DNA of 64,000 nt from Mobula hypostoma (taxonomy: Eukaryota): positions 178,438,001 to 178,502,000 of the forward strand of contig NC_086097.1 in the NCBI RefSeq assembly GCF_963921235.1, given 5' to 3'. The position numbers were made by a program, and so were the translations under genes. Of this stretch, positions 13,701 to 25,612 are shown piece after piece. Numbering within the stretch: position 1 is the first letter of the stretch; each line of letters begins with the position of its first letter. The notes under the pieces were generated by a model. It was not told where the DNA came from. It was given only the letters and a program-made list of their open reading frames with translations, and made no database searches.

Positions 13701-14029
13701 ACCCCATCTGGAGTCATTTTTCTTACAGCAGAGAAGGTCAAGTGGAGATTAAATAGAGTGTCCAAAAGTAGGAGAGAGTGAATAAGGAGAAAACTGATTG
13801 CAGGTTGAAGCAGGAAGGTCAAAGACCAGAGGATGTGGATGGGTGACGGGCTATATGGATCCAGAAGGGGTGAGGAGGATAACATTTACACACGGTGATT
13901 TGTTGGTGATCTGAGACAAGCTGATCGGAAGGGTGCAGGGTCTCACAACAACCAATGGGATAAATATCTGAAGGAGACCTCTCCAGAGATCCAGAAAGTT
14001 TAAATCAGCTTGATCTATCACCTCTTCCT

Positions 14030-14320
14030 CAAAGCATGCAGTGAAATGCATCGTTTGCGTCAGATCAAATCAGCCAGGATGCTGCTGGGCAGCCCACAGG
14101 TGTCACCATGTTTCTGGTGCCAACAAAATATGCCCAGGGCCACAGCTCACTGACCCTAACCTATGGCTTTGGAATGTGGGAGGAAACTTGAGCACCCGGA
14201 GGAAACCCACATGCTCACAGGGAGAACGTACAAACTCCTTACAGGCAGCAGCAGGAACTGAAGCTGAATCGACGATCACTGGCACTGTAATAGCATCACA
14301 CACTAACCACTGTGCCACAG
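14030..14320 (-). mobile_element. V-domain SINE
   Basis: Reverse complement contains the V-domain core gtgggtttcctccgggtgctcaagtttcctcccacattccaaag. Confidence 0.75.
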
Positions 14321-15526
14321 CTGCTGGAACCTGGAGCAGTCCAGGTGAAGGGGCTTGACCAGGAGGAGTTTAGAAGACCTATAATAAAACGTACAAGGTT
14401 CTGGGGGGGGGACTGATGAGACAGCTGTCCATTTGTTCTTCACAGATGCTGCCCAACCCATTGAGTTCTTCCAGCAGCTTGTTGTTTGCTAAGAGATAAC
14501 ACAAGCTGAGGAAATTCTCAAGCTAGTGCAGGGAACCTGAATTATTTTGGGTTCGACCTCAGGTCTAGAGAACAGGCTCAGGATTATTTGCTCTGTAGCT
14601 TTTCTTGTGAATCAACTTCAATTGACATGTTTGATTGTTCACAAAATATTGTGTTAACGGTTGTGTCAATATTAAGAAAGTATGTGCTTTTTAAACAAAA
14701 GTAACCCAGTCATTTAACTATTATTTTTTAAACTTGATGAGTCATCCAGCGAGGAAAGGATCAGAAGGAGTGATTTGTTACAATGGATGAGATTGGACAA
14801 TTGCTGTTCGTGGCACTGCGCCCAGGAATTTGACAGCTGCTAATGGCATAATGGGGTACAGTTTCTGTAAAGCAGAAACGTGAGTTGAATGCCTCATCAG
14901 ACTGTTTTGGGAATGTAATTTAAGCTAAAACAAATCAAGACTAGAAAACAGATATCAGTTAAATAAAAAGGTTGGCTTTAACTACAACAGATTGCCATAA
15001 AAAACACCAAAGTGTTTACTAAAGCTGTTTAAAATGCGGAGACCACTATTCTTGGCCAATACGCTGTGCAATGATTTGATCTGTGTGAATAGTGTGCAAA
15101 AAAAGTTTTTCACTCTTCACATGTAGCAATAATAAATCAATTCCAATTCCAATACAGTAACTTTTGCTTTCTGGTCTAGCCAATTTACATCCCCTACTCT
15201 GTGCTTATAGGTGAGAGTTTGTTCAGAGATCAAAGTTCAAAGTAAATTTATTGTCAAAGTACATATAGGTTATCATATGCTTCCTTGACATACAATTTCT
15301 TGCAGGCATTTACAGGAGGAAAAGAAATACAGGTGTCCCCTGCTTTTCGAATGTTCGCTTTACGAAACCTCGCTGCTACGAAAGACCTACATTAGTTACT
15401 TGTTTTCACTAACAGAAGGTGTTTTCACTGTTACAAAAAAAGGCAGCGCACGCCCCGAGCAGCCGCTCTCCCCCGGATTCGGAATGGCATTGCTTAAACA
15501 CGTGCCTGTGAGCAGCCATTAGCAAG

Positions 15527-16163
15527 ATGAGTTCTAAGGTATCTGAAAAGCCTAGAAGAGCTCGTAAGGGTGCTACACTTAGCGTAAAACTCGTCATAAT
15601 TAAGCGTTTCGATCGTGGTGAATGAAGTAAGGACAAAGTGAGCTTGGCTTGTGAAAGTTGACGAAGATGATGTTGAAGAGGTTTTGGCATCCCATGACCA
15701 AGAACTGATAGATGAAGAACTGATGCAATTGGAAGAGGAGAGCATAACAATCGAAACTGAATGCGGTAGCGAACGGACCGAAAATGAAGTTGTCCAGGAA
15801 CTGAACCTGAAGCAACTGCATGAGATTTTCGCTGCAATGATTGCAGAAAAGTACAACTTTTATTTTGAAAGGGTACGTAGGTTTAGAGCATATTTGCAGG
15901 ATGGTTTGAGTGCTTACAAAGAACTGTATGATAGAAAAATGTGCGAGGATAAGCAGTCAAGCATACTGTCGTTTTTCAAGCCTTCCACATCAGCCGCAGC
16001 AGACGACGAACCTCGACCTTCGACATCGAGGCAGGCAGACATAGACGAAGATGACCTGCCTGTCCTAATGGAAACAGACGACGATGAGATGACACCCCAG
16101 TGTCCCACCACCCCAACCCCCGGGCCGCGGACCGATACATTGCCGCCGAGAATGCAGTGGTAG
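15527..16163 (+). pseudogene. Tigger transposase remnant: HTH start joined to the acidic C-terminus, DDE domain deleted
   Basis: ATG at 15527 gives MSSKVSEKPRRARKGATLSVKLVIIKRFDRGE*. ORF 15651-16163 gives VDEDDVEEVLASHDQEL...YKELYDRK...KQSSILSFFK. Confidence 0.8.
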
Positions 16164-16385
16164 TCGTGATGCACCCAACACATCTTTAAGAAAGAAAGCT
16201 GAAATAAACAAGCTAATTAATTAGGTGCCGCCCGGCACGTAAATGTCGGCCCAGATCGGAGGCTATTGCCGAATGTGTTGCCTCTGATCTGGGCCGACAT
16301 TTACGTGCCGGGCAGCACCTAATTAATTAGCTTGCTTATTTCGGCTTTTTTCTTAAAGATGTGCTGGGTGCGTCCCAGCCACTGC
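16154..16385. repeat. Long near-perfect inverted repeat (arms about 105 bp, 16 nt loop)
   Basis: Left arm ...agctaattaattaggtgccgcccggcacgtaaatgtcggcccagatcggaggc; right arm gcctctgatctgggccgacatttacgtgccgggcagcacctaattaattagct... Confidence 0.95.
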
Positions 16386-17589
16386 TGTACCACGGCATGC
16401 TTCACGGCCTGGTATCGGTCGGCGGCCTGGAGGGTGGGGACCACTGCACCACCCCAACCTCTGACAACTCAGCCTAACACACCATCATCAGGGTGCTTGG
16501 CGCTGTCTTCCCAATTCTGGTAAGTGATACTACACTGTACATACATTATTTCTACTTTATATAGGCTGTGTATTTTTATGTGTTATTTGGTATGATTTGG
16601 CAGCTTCATAGCTTAAAGGTTACTGGAGAGAGTGTTTCTGCCAAGAGCACTTGCGTGAGATTTTTGCTACAGTGAACAGTGCAGCAATGATTGTAGAAAA
16701 GTATTTCTACTTTATATAGGCTGTATATTTATCATATCATTCCTGCTTTTACAATATATTACTGTTATTTTAGGTTTTATGTGTTATTTGGCATGATTTG
16801 GTAGGTTAGTTTTGGGTCTGCGAATGCTCACAAATTTTTCCCATATAAATAAAATGGTAATTGCTTCTTCACTTTACGACATTCCGGCTTACGAACCGTT
16901 TCATAGGAACGCTCTACCTTCGGATGGCAGGGGAAACCTGAACTTTACAAAAAAAAGCTATAATTTTATAGGAGGTGTGTGGGGCAAGTATTCAACAGAG
17001 TGTGGTACATGCTGGGAATGGGCTATCAGAGAAAGTGTTGGAGACAGATACATGAGTGGCATTGAAGGGGCTTTTAGACAGACATATCAACATGTAGGGA
17101 ATGGAGGGATATGGATGATGAGCAGACGGAAGAAATTAGTTTAATTTGATGCAGTCACTGTGGGCAGAAGGGCCTTTTCCTGTTTTGAACTGTCCTCTGT
17201 TCAAATAAAGCATTTTCTGATACTATGTCAAACAACAGAGGGCACTATCTGTGTTTTCTTGCCAAGGTCCATGTGGGGTTGTAACAGGGTGAATAGGATG
17301 ATTCCTCCTGTGGGAGAATCTAGAATAAGGATCACTGTTTAAAACTAAAACTAGAGTGGTCACCCACTTAAGGCAGAGACCAAGTCAAGAACTTAGCTCT
17401 CAGAACTCTCTTCCTGCTAAGACAGAGGTAGACTGATTTTTGATAGACGAGAGTGTGACAGGTTACCAGGAGCAGATGCAAATATGGAGCTGAGTTTACA
17501 ATTAAGTAAAGTGTGATATCATTGATCAGTGCAGCAAGTTCAAAAGCTCAGGTGGCCTATTCTTGCTCCTAAGTCAGTAGGTTTTGCAT

Positions 17590-17780
17590 TGGAACTGGTT
17601 TATTGCTGTTACGTGTACCAAGATACAGTATACTGAAAACATTCTGTTTGTGGACCACTCAGACAGATTATTCCGTATGAGTGTACATCAAGGTAGTACA
17701 AAAGGAAGACAGAATGCAGAATAAAGTGTTACAGTTAGAGAGAAAGTGCAGTACAGGTAGACAATAAGATGCAAGGCCAT
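17590..17780 (-). mobile_element. Rex1/Babar 3' UTR and tail fragment
   Basis: ggtttattgctgttacgtgtaccaagatacag...agaatgcagaataaagtgttacag, as in other copies. Confidence 0.7.
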
Positions 17781-17942
17781 TACATGGCAAATACAAGAGA
17801 CTGCAGATGCCAGAATCCAGAGCAACACACAACTAGCATTATGTGTGGTGAAAAAGAAACTGTTGGTAATTGTGATTGAAACCTTGAAATACGACCCACC
17901 TCTACTTGCACATAGAGGTGGGTATTAAGGAACATCATGGAC

Positions 17943-18180
17943 TGAGAGAGAGAGACAGGGACAAAGATAGAGACAGAGATTGAGAGAGGAAGTAAGAGAC
18001 AGAGCAGAAGAGAGAGGGGGAAAGAGAGAGAGCAAAGGGACAGAGGGAAAGGAGGAGTGAAAGAGAAGGAGTGAGAGGGAGAGAGAGAGAGATACGAAGG
18101 GAAAGGGGAGAGAAAGAGAAGGAGTAAGAGAAGAGAGAGGGAGAGGGGAAAGAAAGAGAAGGAGTGAGAGAGAGAGAGAC
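17943..18180. repeat. Degenerate (GA)n polypurine tract
   Basis: Almost pure A/G on the plus strand for about 240 bp. Confidence 0.9.
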
Positions 18181-18629
18181 AAAGGTTTGACACGAAATAT
18201 CTGAGAGCACTGAAATAACAAACTATTTCAAGAAATGATGTAATCGCCTCCATGTTGCAGCTTAGTCCAGGAAAAATATTGAAATTCTTTGTTGTGTTGA
18301 AGGAAGGTACATATAACAGTAGCAAGTATGTGACTAGGTTGGTTAATAGCAGTGGAATGTGGGGACAGAGTCCAGCCGGTGGCAGAGGTCAAGCAGAAGT
18401 GAGCTTCTTCTGGAGGTGAAGAACCTGGCAGTGTTGATTAGTAACTCTCCAGCATTGCAGAAACAGGGAGAAGGATTAGGTCTCTTCAACAATCCATCAG
18501 CAGCACCCAGGGAAGACCGATAACAGTCATTAATAATTTAACACTATTGACCCTCTGCATGAATATAGTTTAGAGGAATCACTGAGATTCAAGGACAAGG
18601 ATTTATCATTGCTGCATTAGCTAATCCAT

Positions 18630-18780
18630 CAACAAGAAAGTCCTGCATCTCTATAGCCTCTGTCATCACCTCAGAACATCCCTAAACTTCTCACAAATAT
18701 TGAAATCCTTTTATTGCTGTAAAATAGAAAATTCAGCAAACAACTTACACACAGCCAGCTCCCTCAAACAGTAAATGAGG
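18630..18780 (-). mobile_element. Old Deu-domain SINE-like (SacSINE1/AmnSINE1-like) remnant
   Basis: ctgcatctctatagcctctgtcatcacctcagaacatccctaaacttctcaca...cacacagccagctccctcaaacag resembles the family as I recall it; not checked. Confidence 0.35.
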
Positions 18781-19494
18781 AAAGGTCTTGGACCTAAAAA
18801 CAGAGATCCTTTCTCCACAGTTGTCTGACCTGAGGACTATTTCCAGGGTTGGCAGTTTCTATTTCTGATTCTCAGCATCTGTAATTTTTTTTTAATTTGT
18901 CTCCCACAAACTGTAGTTGGATGATCTCCTTATTGATGCCTGAGCTGCTGTTTATCATCTGCTTATCTTTAAGGGAAGTGAGTAAGGGGTTTCAAGTCCC
19001 TCGCCCTGTCTCACAGGGGGTTTACTTGCCCTTTTGATAGACTTGCTTCTAATCCTACAAGATGTCTGCACACTCTACTCTCTCAGTTTAGTCCTGGTGG
19101 GGTCCTGGCTTATTCATAACCCACACATAGTACAGGACATTAGAGGCCTGGTTTGGCTGAGAAGAACTGATGTATAGTCAGACTGCAAAGGCAAGACCAA
19201 TAAAGCTGGATTTACCTTCCTGGGAGTAGAGAAACTGAGGAGGACGTGACAGAATTATGAAGAGCAAAGACAGGACAGATAGTAGGAAACTATTCCCTTT
19301 GGTAGGGAAATGTAAAACTGAAGGTTCTAAGTTCAGGATAAGGGGGAAGAGTTAGAGATCAGAGGAAAAACAGTTTCATCCAGAGGGTTCAGTAGTTGTG
19401 ACCCAGAACGCACTCCTGTCTGAGAAGATGGTAGAGACAAGCACTTGAATTGCCAAGGTATAGAAAGTTACTGCCAAGCATTGGTAAACGGCAA

Positions 19495-20075
19495 TTGCTA
19501 ATTGGTTTATTATTGTTACTTGTACCAAGATAAGCTGAAAAGGTTTATCTTGCATGCCATCCAGACAGCTCATTCCATACATAAGTACACTGAGGTAATA
19601 CAAAAGGAAATCAGAATGCAGAATATAGTGTTACATTTACAGAGAAGGTAGACAGTAAGGTGCAGGACCATGAGAAGGTAGACTGGGAGATCATGAGCTC
19701 ACTATTATATGTGAGGTCTGTTCAAGAGTCTTATAACAGTGGGAAAGAAGGTGTCATGTAAAGGTACAAAATTTTGAGGACAGTATGTATATGGTGGTCC
19801 ATGCACTCACATTTTTGTGCCTCAGCATAGGAGAAAGAAAAGAGAATGCCTGTGGTGGCTGTGGTCTTTGATTAAGTTGGCTGATATACTGAGGTGCAGT
19901 GAGAAGTGCAGACAGAGTCCGTGGAGGGGAGGCTGGTTTACCTAGTGTACTGAGCTGTGTCTGTAGCTGACTGGAATTTCTTGCCGTCTTGGGCAGAGCA
20001 GATGCCGTATCAAGCTGTGATGCATTCTGACTGGGTGCGTTCTATGCTGCATCTGTAATGATTGGTGGGGCGCTG
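19495..20075 (-). mobile_element. Rex1/Babar LINE 3' fragment
   Basis: aattggtttattattgttacttgtacc tail followed by C-terminal coding remnant. Confidence 0.7.
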
Positions 20076-20414
20076 CAGAAACAAATGGATAATTGATGAT
20101 TGGTATTGAGACAGAGGTCCTGTTGCTGTATTGTATGACCCTGACTCTATGGTTTCTGTGGCAGCTACCTCAGTACAGATTTGACTTGTTGATTTTAGTT
20201 GCAGAATAAGACTGTAAGAGCAGATTTAGGCCATTCAGTCTATCAAGGCTGCGCCACCATTCAATCATGGCTGATTCTTTCTCTCAACCCCATTATCCCA
20301 CTTTCCCCCTGTAACCCTTAATTCCTTTAACAAGGAAGAATCTCTGTCTTAAATACAACCAAAGCATTGGCCTCTGTGACAATGAATTCTCCAGATTCAC
20401 CACCCTCTGGTATT

Positions 20415-21030
20415 GAAGCGGTTAGCTCAATGCTGTTACAGCTCGGGCATCGGAGTTCAGAATTCAACTCCAGAGTCATAAGAACATGAGAACATAGGAA
20501 ATAGGAGCAGGAGTAGGCCATCTGGCCCATCGAGCCTGCCCCACCATTCAATAAGATCATGGCTGATCTGTCCATAAACTCAGCTCCATCTACCTGCCTT
20601 TTCCACATAACCCTCAATTCCCTCACTATGTAAAAATCTATCTAACTGAATCTTAAATATATTTAGTGAAGAAGCCTCAACTGCTTCCCTGTGCAGAGAA
20701 TTCCACAGATTCACCACTCTCTGGGAAGAACAGTTTCTCCTCATCTCCGTCCTAAATCTCCCCTGAATCTTGAGGCAATGTCCTCTAGTTCTAGTCTCAC
20801 CTACCAATGGAAACAGCTTTCCTACTTCTATCTTATCTATCGCTTTAAAAATTTTGCATGTTTCTATAAGATCCCCTCTCATTCTTTTGAATCCCAGAGA
20901 GTATAGTCCCAGGCAACTCCCTGTAGTCCCCTGTAAGGAGTTTGTAGTTCCTCCACATGAACGCATGAGTTTCCTCCAGGTGTTCTGGTTTCCTCCCACA
21001 GTCCAAAGACATTCTGATTAGTAGATATTG
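20415..21030 (+). mobile_element. V-domain SINE split by a CR1 insertion
   Basis: tRNA-like head gcggttagctcaatgctgttacagctc at 20418. The V core gtttcctccaggtgttctggtttcctcccacagtccaaagac resumes at about 20920-21010. Confidence 0.7.
20478..20918 (-). mobile_element. CR1 LINE 3' fragment
   Basis: LGLYSLGFKRMRGDLIETCKIFK...QRVVNLWNSL. Tail ataagaacatgagaacatagg. Confidence 0.9.
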
Positions 21031-21559
21031 GGTTGTTTGATTCCTGAGACTTTCCTCACTCCTCTCTCTGAACATCGGGGTTACTTTTGCCACACTCCAA
21101 TCCCTAGTAACTAGAACTTTGGAACAGGCCGTCCAGTACATCCGTTACTTCCATGACCAACTCATTTAGGCCTCTGGGGTATTCAGTAGATCATCAGGTC
21201 TTGGGGATTTATTGGCTTCAGTCTCATTCACTTCATTTATTCATTTCATTTAATTCCTCCTTTTCATTAGGTTCTAGTTCCCCTTGTTTTGGGAAGTTTA
21301 TTTGGGTTCTCTCCTGCGAAGCGTTATTGCACCTGCCATTTCTTTGTTCCCTCTTATAAAATTGTCTCTTCCTGATTGTAAGAGACTGACATTTGGCCAC
21401 ATTAATCTATGTACCATGTTTTCACAGTAAATAGAATTCAGAAAACATTTTATGAACTCTGTACTGAGCTGGTGCTATAGGAATGAAAGGGAGCTCAAGA
21501 AACTCAACACCATACGAGATAAAGTAGCCGATTTGATTGCCTTTCCCCACCCCACGTCA

Positions 21560-21880
21560 TCTGTGGTGTGGTAGCATACTGGTTAGCATAATGCTTTATA
21601 GAGCTAGTGACTGGGTTGATTCCCCACCTCTGTCTGGAAGGAGTCCTTACGTTCTCCCTGTGATCGCATAGGTTTCTTTCGAGGTGCTCCAGTTTCTTCC
21701 CACATTCTAAAGACACACAGCTTAGGGCTAGTCAGTTGTGAGCGTGCTATATTGGTGCTGGAAGCATGTCGATACTTGTGAGATGCCCCCAGCACATCTT
21801 CAGACTGTCATTGAAAGAAACACCACATTATGCTGTATGCCTCGATGTACATGACAAGTAAAACTAATCTCTTAATCTCT
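21560..21880 (+). mobile_element. V-domain SINE, full length, with Rex1-like tail
   Basis: tRNA-like head (ggtagcatactggttagc...gggttgattccc), V core ggtgctccagtttcttcccacattctaaagac, tail gatgtacatgacaagtaaaactaatct. Confidence 0.75.
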
Positions 21881-22009
21881 GTCCAGTTTCAATACACAGT
21901 AACTGCAGTGTCCATCAGATCCTTCCAACCAATGCCAAGACATCTTCCACCAAGAAGGATGAGGCCAGCAGTCGCATGGGAACACCATGTGACAACCATC
22001 ACAACTCGG

Positions 22010-22205
22010 CTGGTGTGGTAACACAGCTGGTAGAGCTACTGTCTTACTGCAACAGAGACATAGGTTCAATCCTGACCTCGACTGCCGTGGCTGTAGAGAT
22101 TGCAAGTTCTCTCTGTGTGGGATTTTCATGGGTGATCCAGTTCCTCTCAGATCCCAGTGGCATGCAGTTTGGTAGATAATTGACCACTGCAAATTGTCCC
22201 TACTG
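22010..22205 (+). mobile_element. V-domain SINE (second subfamily), truncated
   Basis: Head with B-box-like ggttcaatcc; V core gagattgcaagttctctctgtgtgggattttcatgggtgatccagttcctctcaga. Confidence 0.6.
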
Positions 22206-22209
22206 TGAA

Positions 22210-22710
22210 AAGAAAGAGAAAACAGAATAATGTTACAGTTCCAGAGAAAGTGCCGCGCAGGTAGACAATGTGGTGCAAGGTCACGAAGAGGTGGATTGTG
22301 AGGTCAAGGGCCATCTCATTGGACCAGGGACCTTCAATAGTCTCATAACAGTGAAATAAGACCTGTCCTTCAGCCTGGTGTTATGTGCTTTCATGCTTTT
22401 GTATCTTCTTCCAAAGCAGAAAGAATATCTGAATTGGAAGGGATCCTTGATTATTAGTTAGTTGATTTCCTGAGACAGTGGGAAGAATAGACAGAGTTAA
22501 TGGACGGAGGATGCACTGGGCTGTGCACACAACTCTCTGCAGTTTCTTGCAGCCTTGAGCAGAACGACTGCCATACCAAGCTGTGATGCGTCCAGCAACT
22601 TCTATGTGTGTTGCTTGAAATTCCAGCATCTACAGATTTCCTTGTGTATGCATCCAGATAAGATGTTTTCTAAGCTGCATCTATAAAAACTGGTAAGAAT
22701 CATTAGGGAC
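22210..22710 (-). mobile_element. Rex1/Babar fragment containing a 52 bp PLE-tail insertion
   Basis: ITAWYGSRSAQGCKKLQRVV. Insert 22596-22647 is flanked by atgcgtccag and atgcatccag. Confidence 0.7.
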
Positions 22711-22819
22711 ATCAGAAACAGGTTTCATATCATGGCATATGTCATGAAATTTGTTGTTTTATGGCAGCAGTACATTGCAAAACCTAATAATAAAGGTCTA
22801 TAATTTACAGTAAGTAGTT

Positions 22820-23660
22820 CTCTATTATGCAATTGGATCCTGGATTTCCTCACTTGTAGACCCCAGTCAGATTGGCAACAGTATCTTCTCCACAATCCCG
22901 ATCAGCACAGGAACACTGCTGGGATGTGTACTTAGCCCCCTGCTCTACTCGCTTTATACCTGTGACTGTGAGGCTAAGTACAGCTCCAACACCAGATACA
23001 AATTCATTGATGACATTACTACTGTGGGCTGTATCAAAGGTGGTGATGAATCAGCATACAGGAGAGAGACGGAAAGTTTGGCTGAGTGGTGTAATAATAA
23101 CAACCTCTCACTCAGTGTCAATAAGGCCAAGGAACTGATAGTAGACTTCAGAAGAGGAAAACCAGAGTTCCATAAGCCAGTAATCATCGGAGGATCAGAG
23201 GTGGAGAGGGTCAGTAACTTTAAATTGTTGGGTGTTACTATCTCAGAGGGCCTGTCCTGGACCCATCATATAAATATAATTGTGAAGGAAGCACAACAGC
23301 ACCTCTACTTCCTCAGGAGTCTGCGGAGTTTCAGCATGTCGTCAAAAACCTTGGCAAACTTCAATAGATGTGTGATGGGAAGTGTGTTGACTGGCTGCAT
23401 TACAGCCTTGGTATGGGAACTCCAATGCCTTTGAGTGGAAAATCCGACAAAAGGTACTGGATTCAGCCCAGTACATCACGTGTAAAAACTTCCCAACCAC
23501 TGAGCACATCTATATGAAACGTTGCCGGAGGAAAGCAGCATCCATCATCAAAGATCTTCAACACCCAGGCCATGCTCTTTTCTCGCTGCTACCATCAGGT
23601 AGAAGATACAGCTGCCTCAGGACTCACACCACCAGGTTCAAAAACAGTTACTAGCCCTCA
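22820..23660 (+). mobile_element. Rex1/Babar RT fragment; 3' UTR resumes at 25195
   Basis: LAEWCNNNNLSLSVNKAKELIVDFRR...VERVSNFKLLGV. Confidence 0.9.
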
Positions 23661-23664
23661 CTTA

Positions 23665-25190
23665 GCAGCAGCAGTTCAATGCAATACATAATCTAGAAGA
23701 AAATCAATCAATCAATCAATTACAGTATATGTATATTGACTAGATTAAAAATTGTGCAAAAAGAAATATATTAAGAAAGTGAGTTAGTGTTCACAGGTTC
23801 AATGTCCTTTTAGGAATTGGATGGCAGAGGGGAAGAAGCTGTTCCTGAATTACTGAGTGTGTGCCTTCAGGCTTCTGTACCTCCTGCCTGATGGTAACAG
23901 TGAGAAAAGGATGCTGGAGGTCCTTAATAATGGATGCTATTTGCTCCCTAAAGATGTCCTGGGTACTTTGTAGACTAATATCCAAGATGGAGCTGACTAA
24001 ATTTACAACCTCCTGGACCTTCTTTCAGTGCTGTGGAGTAGCCGCAGCCCCCCCACCCCCATACCAGACAGTGATGCAGCCTGTCAGAATGCTTTCCATG
24101 GTATACAGTATCTATAGACGTTTTTGAGTGTATCTGTTGACATGCCAAATCTCTTGAAACTCCTAATAAAGTATAGCCGCTATGTAGCCTTCTTTATAGC
24201 TACAACGATATGTTGGGACCAGGTTAGGTCCTCAGGGATCTTGACACCCAGAAACTTGAAACTGCTCACTCTCTCCACTTCTGATCCCTCTATGAGGATT
24301 GGTACGTTTTCCTACATCTTACCCCTCCTGAAGTCCACAATCAGCTCTTTTGTCTCACTGATGTTGAGTGCCAGATTGTTGCTGTGACACCACTCCACTA
24401 GTTGGTATATCTCACTCCTGTACACTCTCTCGTCTCCATCTGAGATTCTACTGACAATGGTTGTATCATCAGCAAATTTATTGATGGCAATTGAGCTATG
24501 CCTAGCCACACAGTCACAAGTATAGAGAGAGTAGAGCAGTGGACTAAGCACACACCCTGAGGTACATCAGTGTTGATCGTCAGTGAGGAGGAGATATTAT
24601 CACCAATCCGCACAGACTTCTGGTTAGGAGGTCAGGGGTCCAATTGCAGAGGGAGGTACAGAGGCCCAGGTTCTGTAACTTATCAAACAGGATTGTGGGA
24701 AAAGTGGTATTAAGTGCTGAGCTATAGTCAATGAACACCATCCTGGCATACATGTTTGTACTGTTCAGGTGGTCTAAGGCCGTGTGACGAGCCATTGAGA
24801 TTGCGTCTGTCGTTGACCTATTGTGGTGATAGGCAAATTGTAGTGGGTCCAGGCAGGAGTTCAGTCCTGTCATGACCAACCTCTCAAAGCATTTCATCAC
24901 GGTAGATGAGAGTGCTACTGGGTGATAATCATTAAAGCAGCTCACATTATTTTTCTACGGCACTGGTATAATTGTTGCCTTTTTGAAGCAAGAGGGAACT
25001 TTCCCCCGTAGCAGTGTGAGGTTGAAAATGTCCTTGAATACTCCCACCAGTTGGTTGGCACAAGTTTTCAGAGCCTTACCAGGTACTCTGTTGGGGCCTT
25101 CTGTCTTGTGAGGGTTCACCCTCTTTAAAGACAGCCTAACGTCGGCCTCTGAGACAGAGATCACAGGATCACTGGGTGCAGCAAGGATCT
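23665..25190 (-). mobile_element. Rex1/Babar RT fragment inserted in the opposite orientation
   Basis: [47 protein letters not shown]. Confidence 0.9.
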
Positions 25191-25194
25191 TTAC

Positions 25195-25405
25195 GGACTC
25201 CTTTATCCTGTTATTTCATGCTCATTATTTATTGCTATTTATTTATATCTGCATTTGCACAATCTGTTGTCCTTTGATCCTGTTTACAGTTACTGTTCTA
25301 TAGATTTGCTAAGTATGGCTGCAGAAAAAGAATCTCAGGGTTGTATGTGGTGAGATGTATGTACTCTGATATAAATTTTACTTTGACTTTTGACTTTGAT
25401 TTTGA
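25195..25405 (+). mobile_element. Rex1 3' UTR and tail belonging to the 22820-23660 copy
   Basis: Colinear with 31170-31405 of an uninterrupted sibling. Ends ttttactttgacttttgactttga. Confidence 0.75.
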
Positions 25406-25406
25406 A

Positions 25407-25612
25407 GTGTGTGTATATATGTATATATATATATGTGTGTGTGTGTGTATATATGTATATATATGTGTGTGTGTGTATATATGTATATATATGTGTGTGT
25501 GTGTGTGTATATATGTATATATATGTGTGTGTGTGTATATATGTATATATATATGTGTGTGTGTGTGTGTATATATGTATATATATGTGTGTGTGTGTAT
25601 ATATATATATAT
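25407..25612. repeat. Compound (TG)n/(TA)n microsatellite with higher-order unit
   Basis: Repeated unit (tg)n-tatatatgtatatata. Confidence 0.95.

Larger units (their letters stand above)
15330..16940 (+). mobile_element. Tigger/pogo-family DNA transposon, internal-deletion derivative
   Basis: Imperfect TIRs: left caggtgtcccctgcttttcgaa, right (reverse complement) caggtttcccctgccatccgaa. TA on the left; the right flank reads AA. Transposase N- and C-terminal remnants lie inside. Confidence 0.85.

Noticed and set aside
17780..18325. 181 aa Leu/Ser-rich ORF that looks membrane-like
   Set aside because: Translation of the (CT)n strand of the GA tract.
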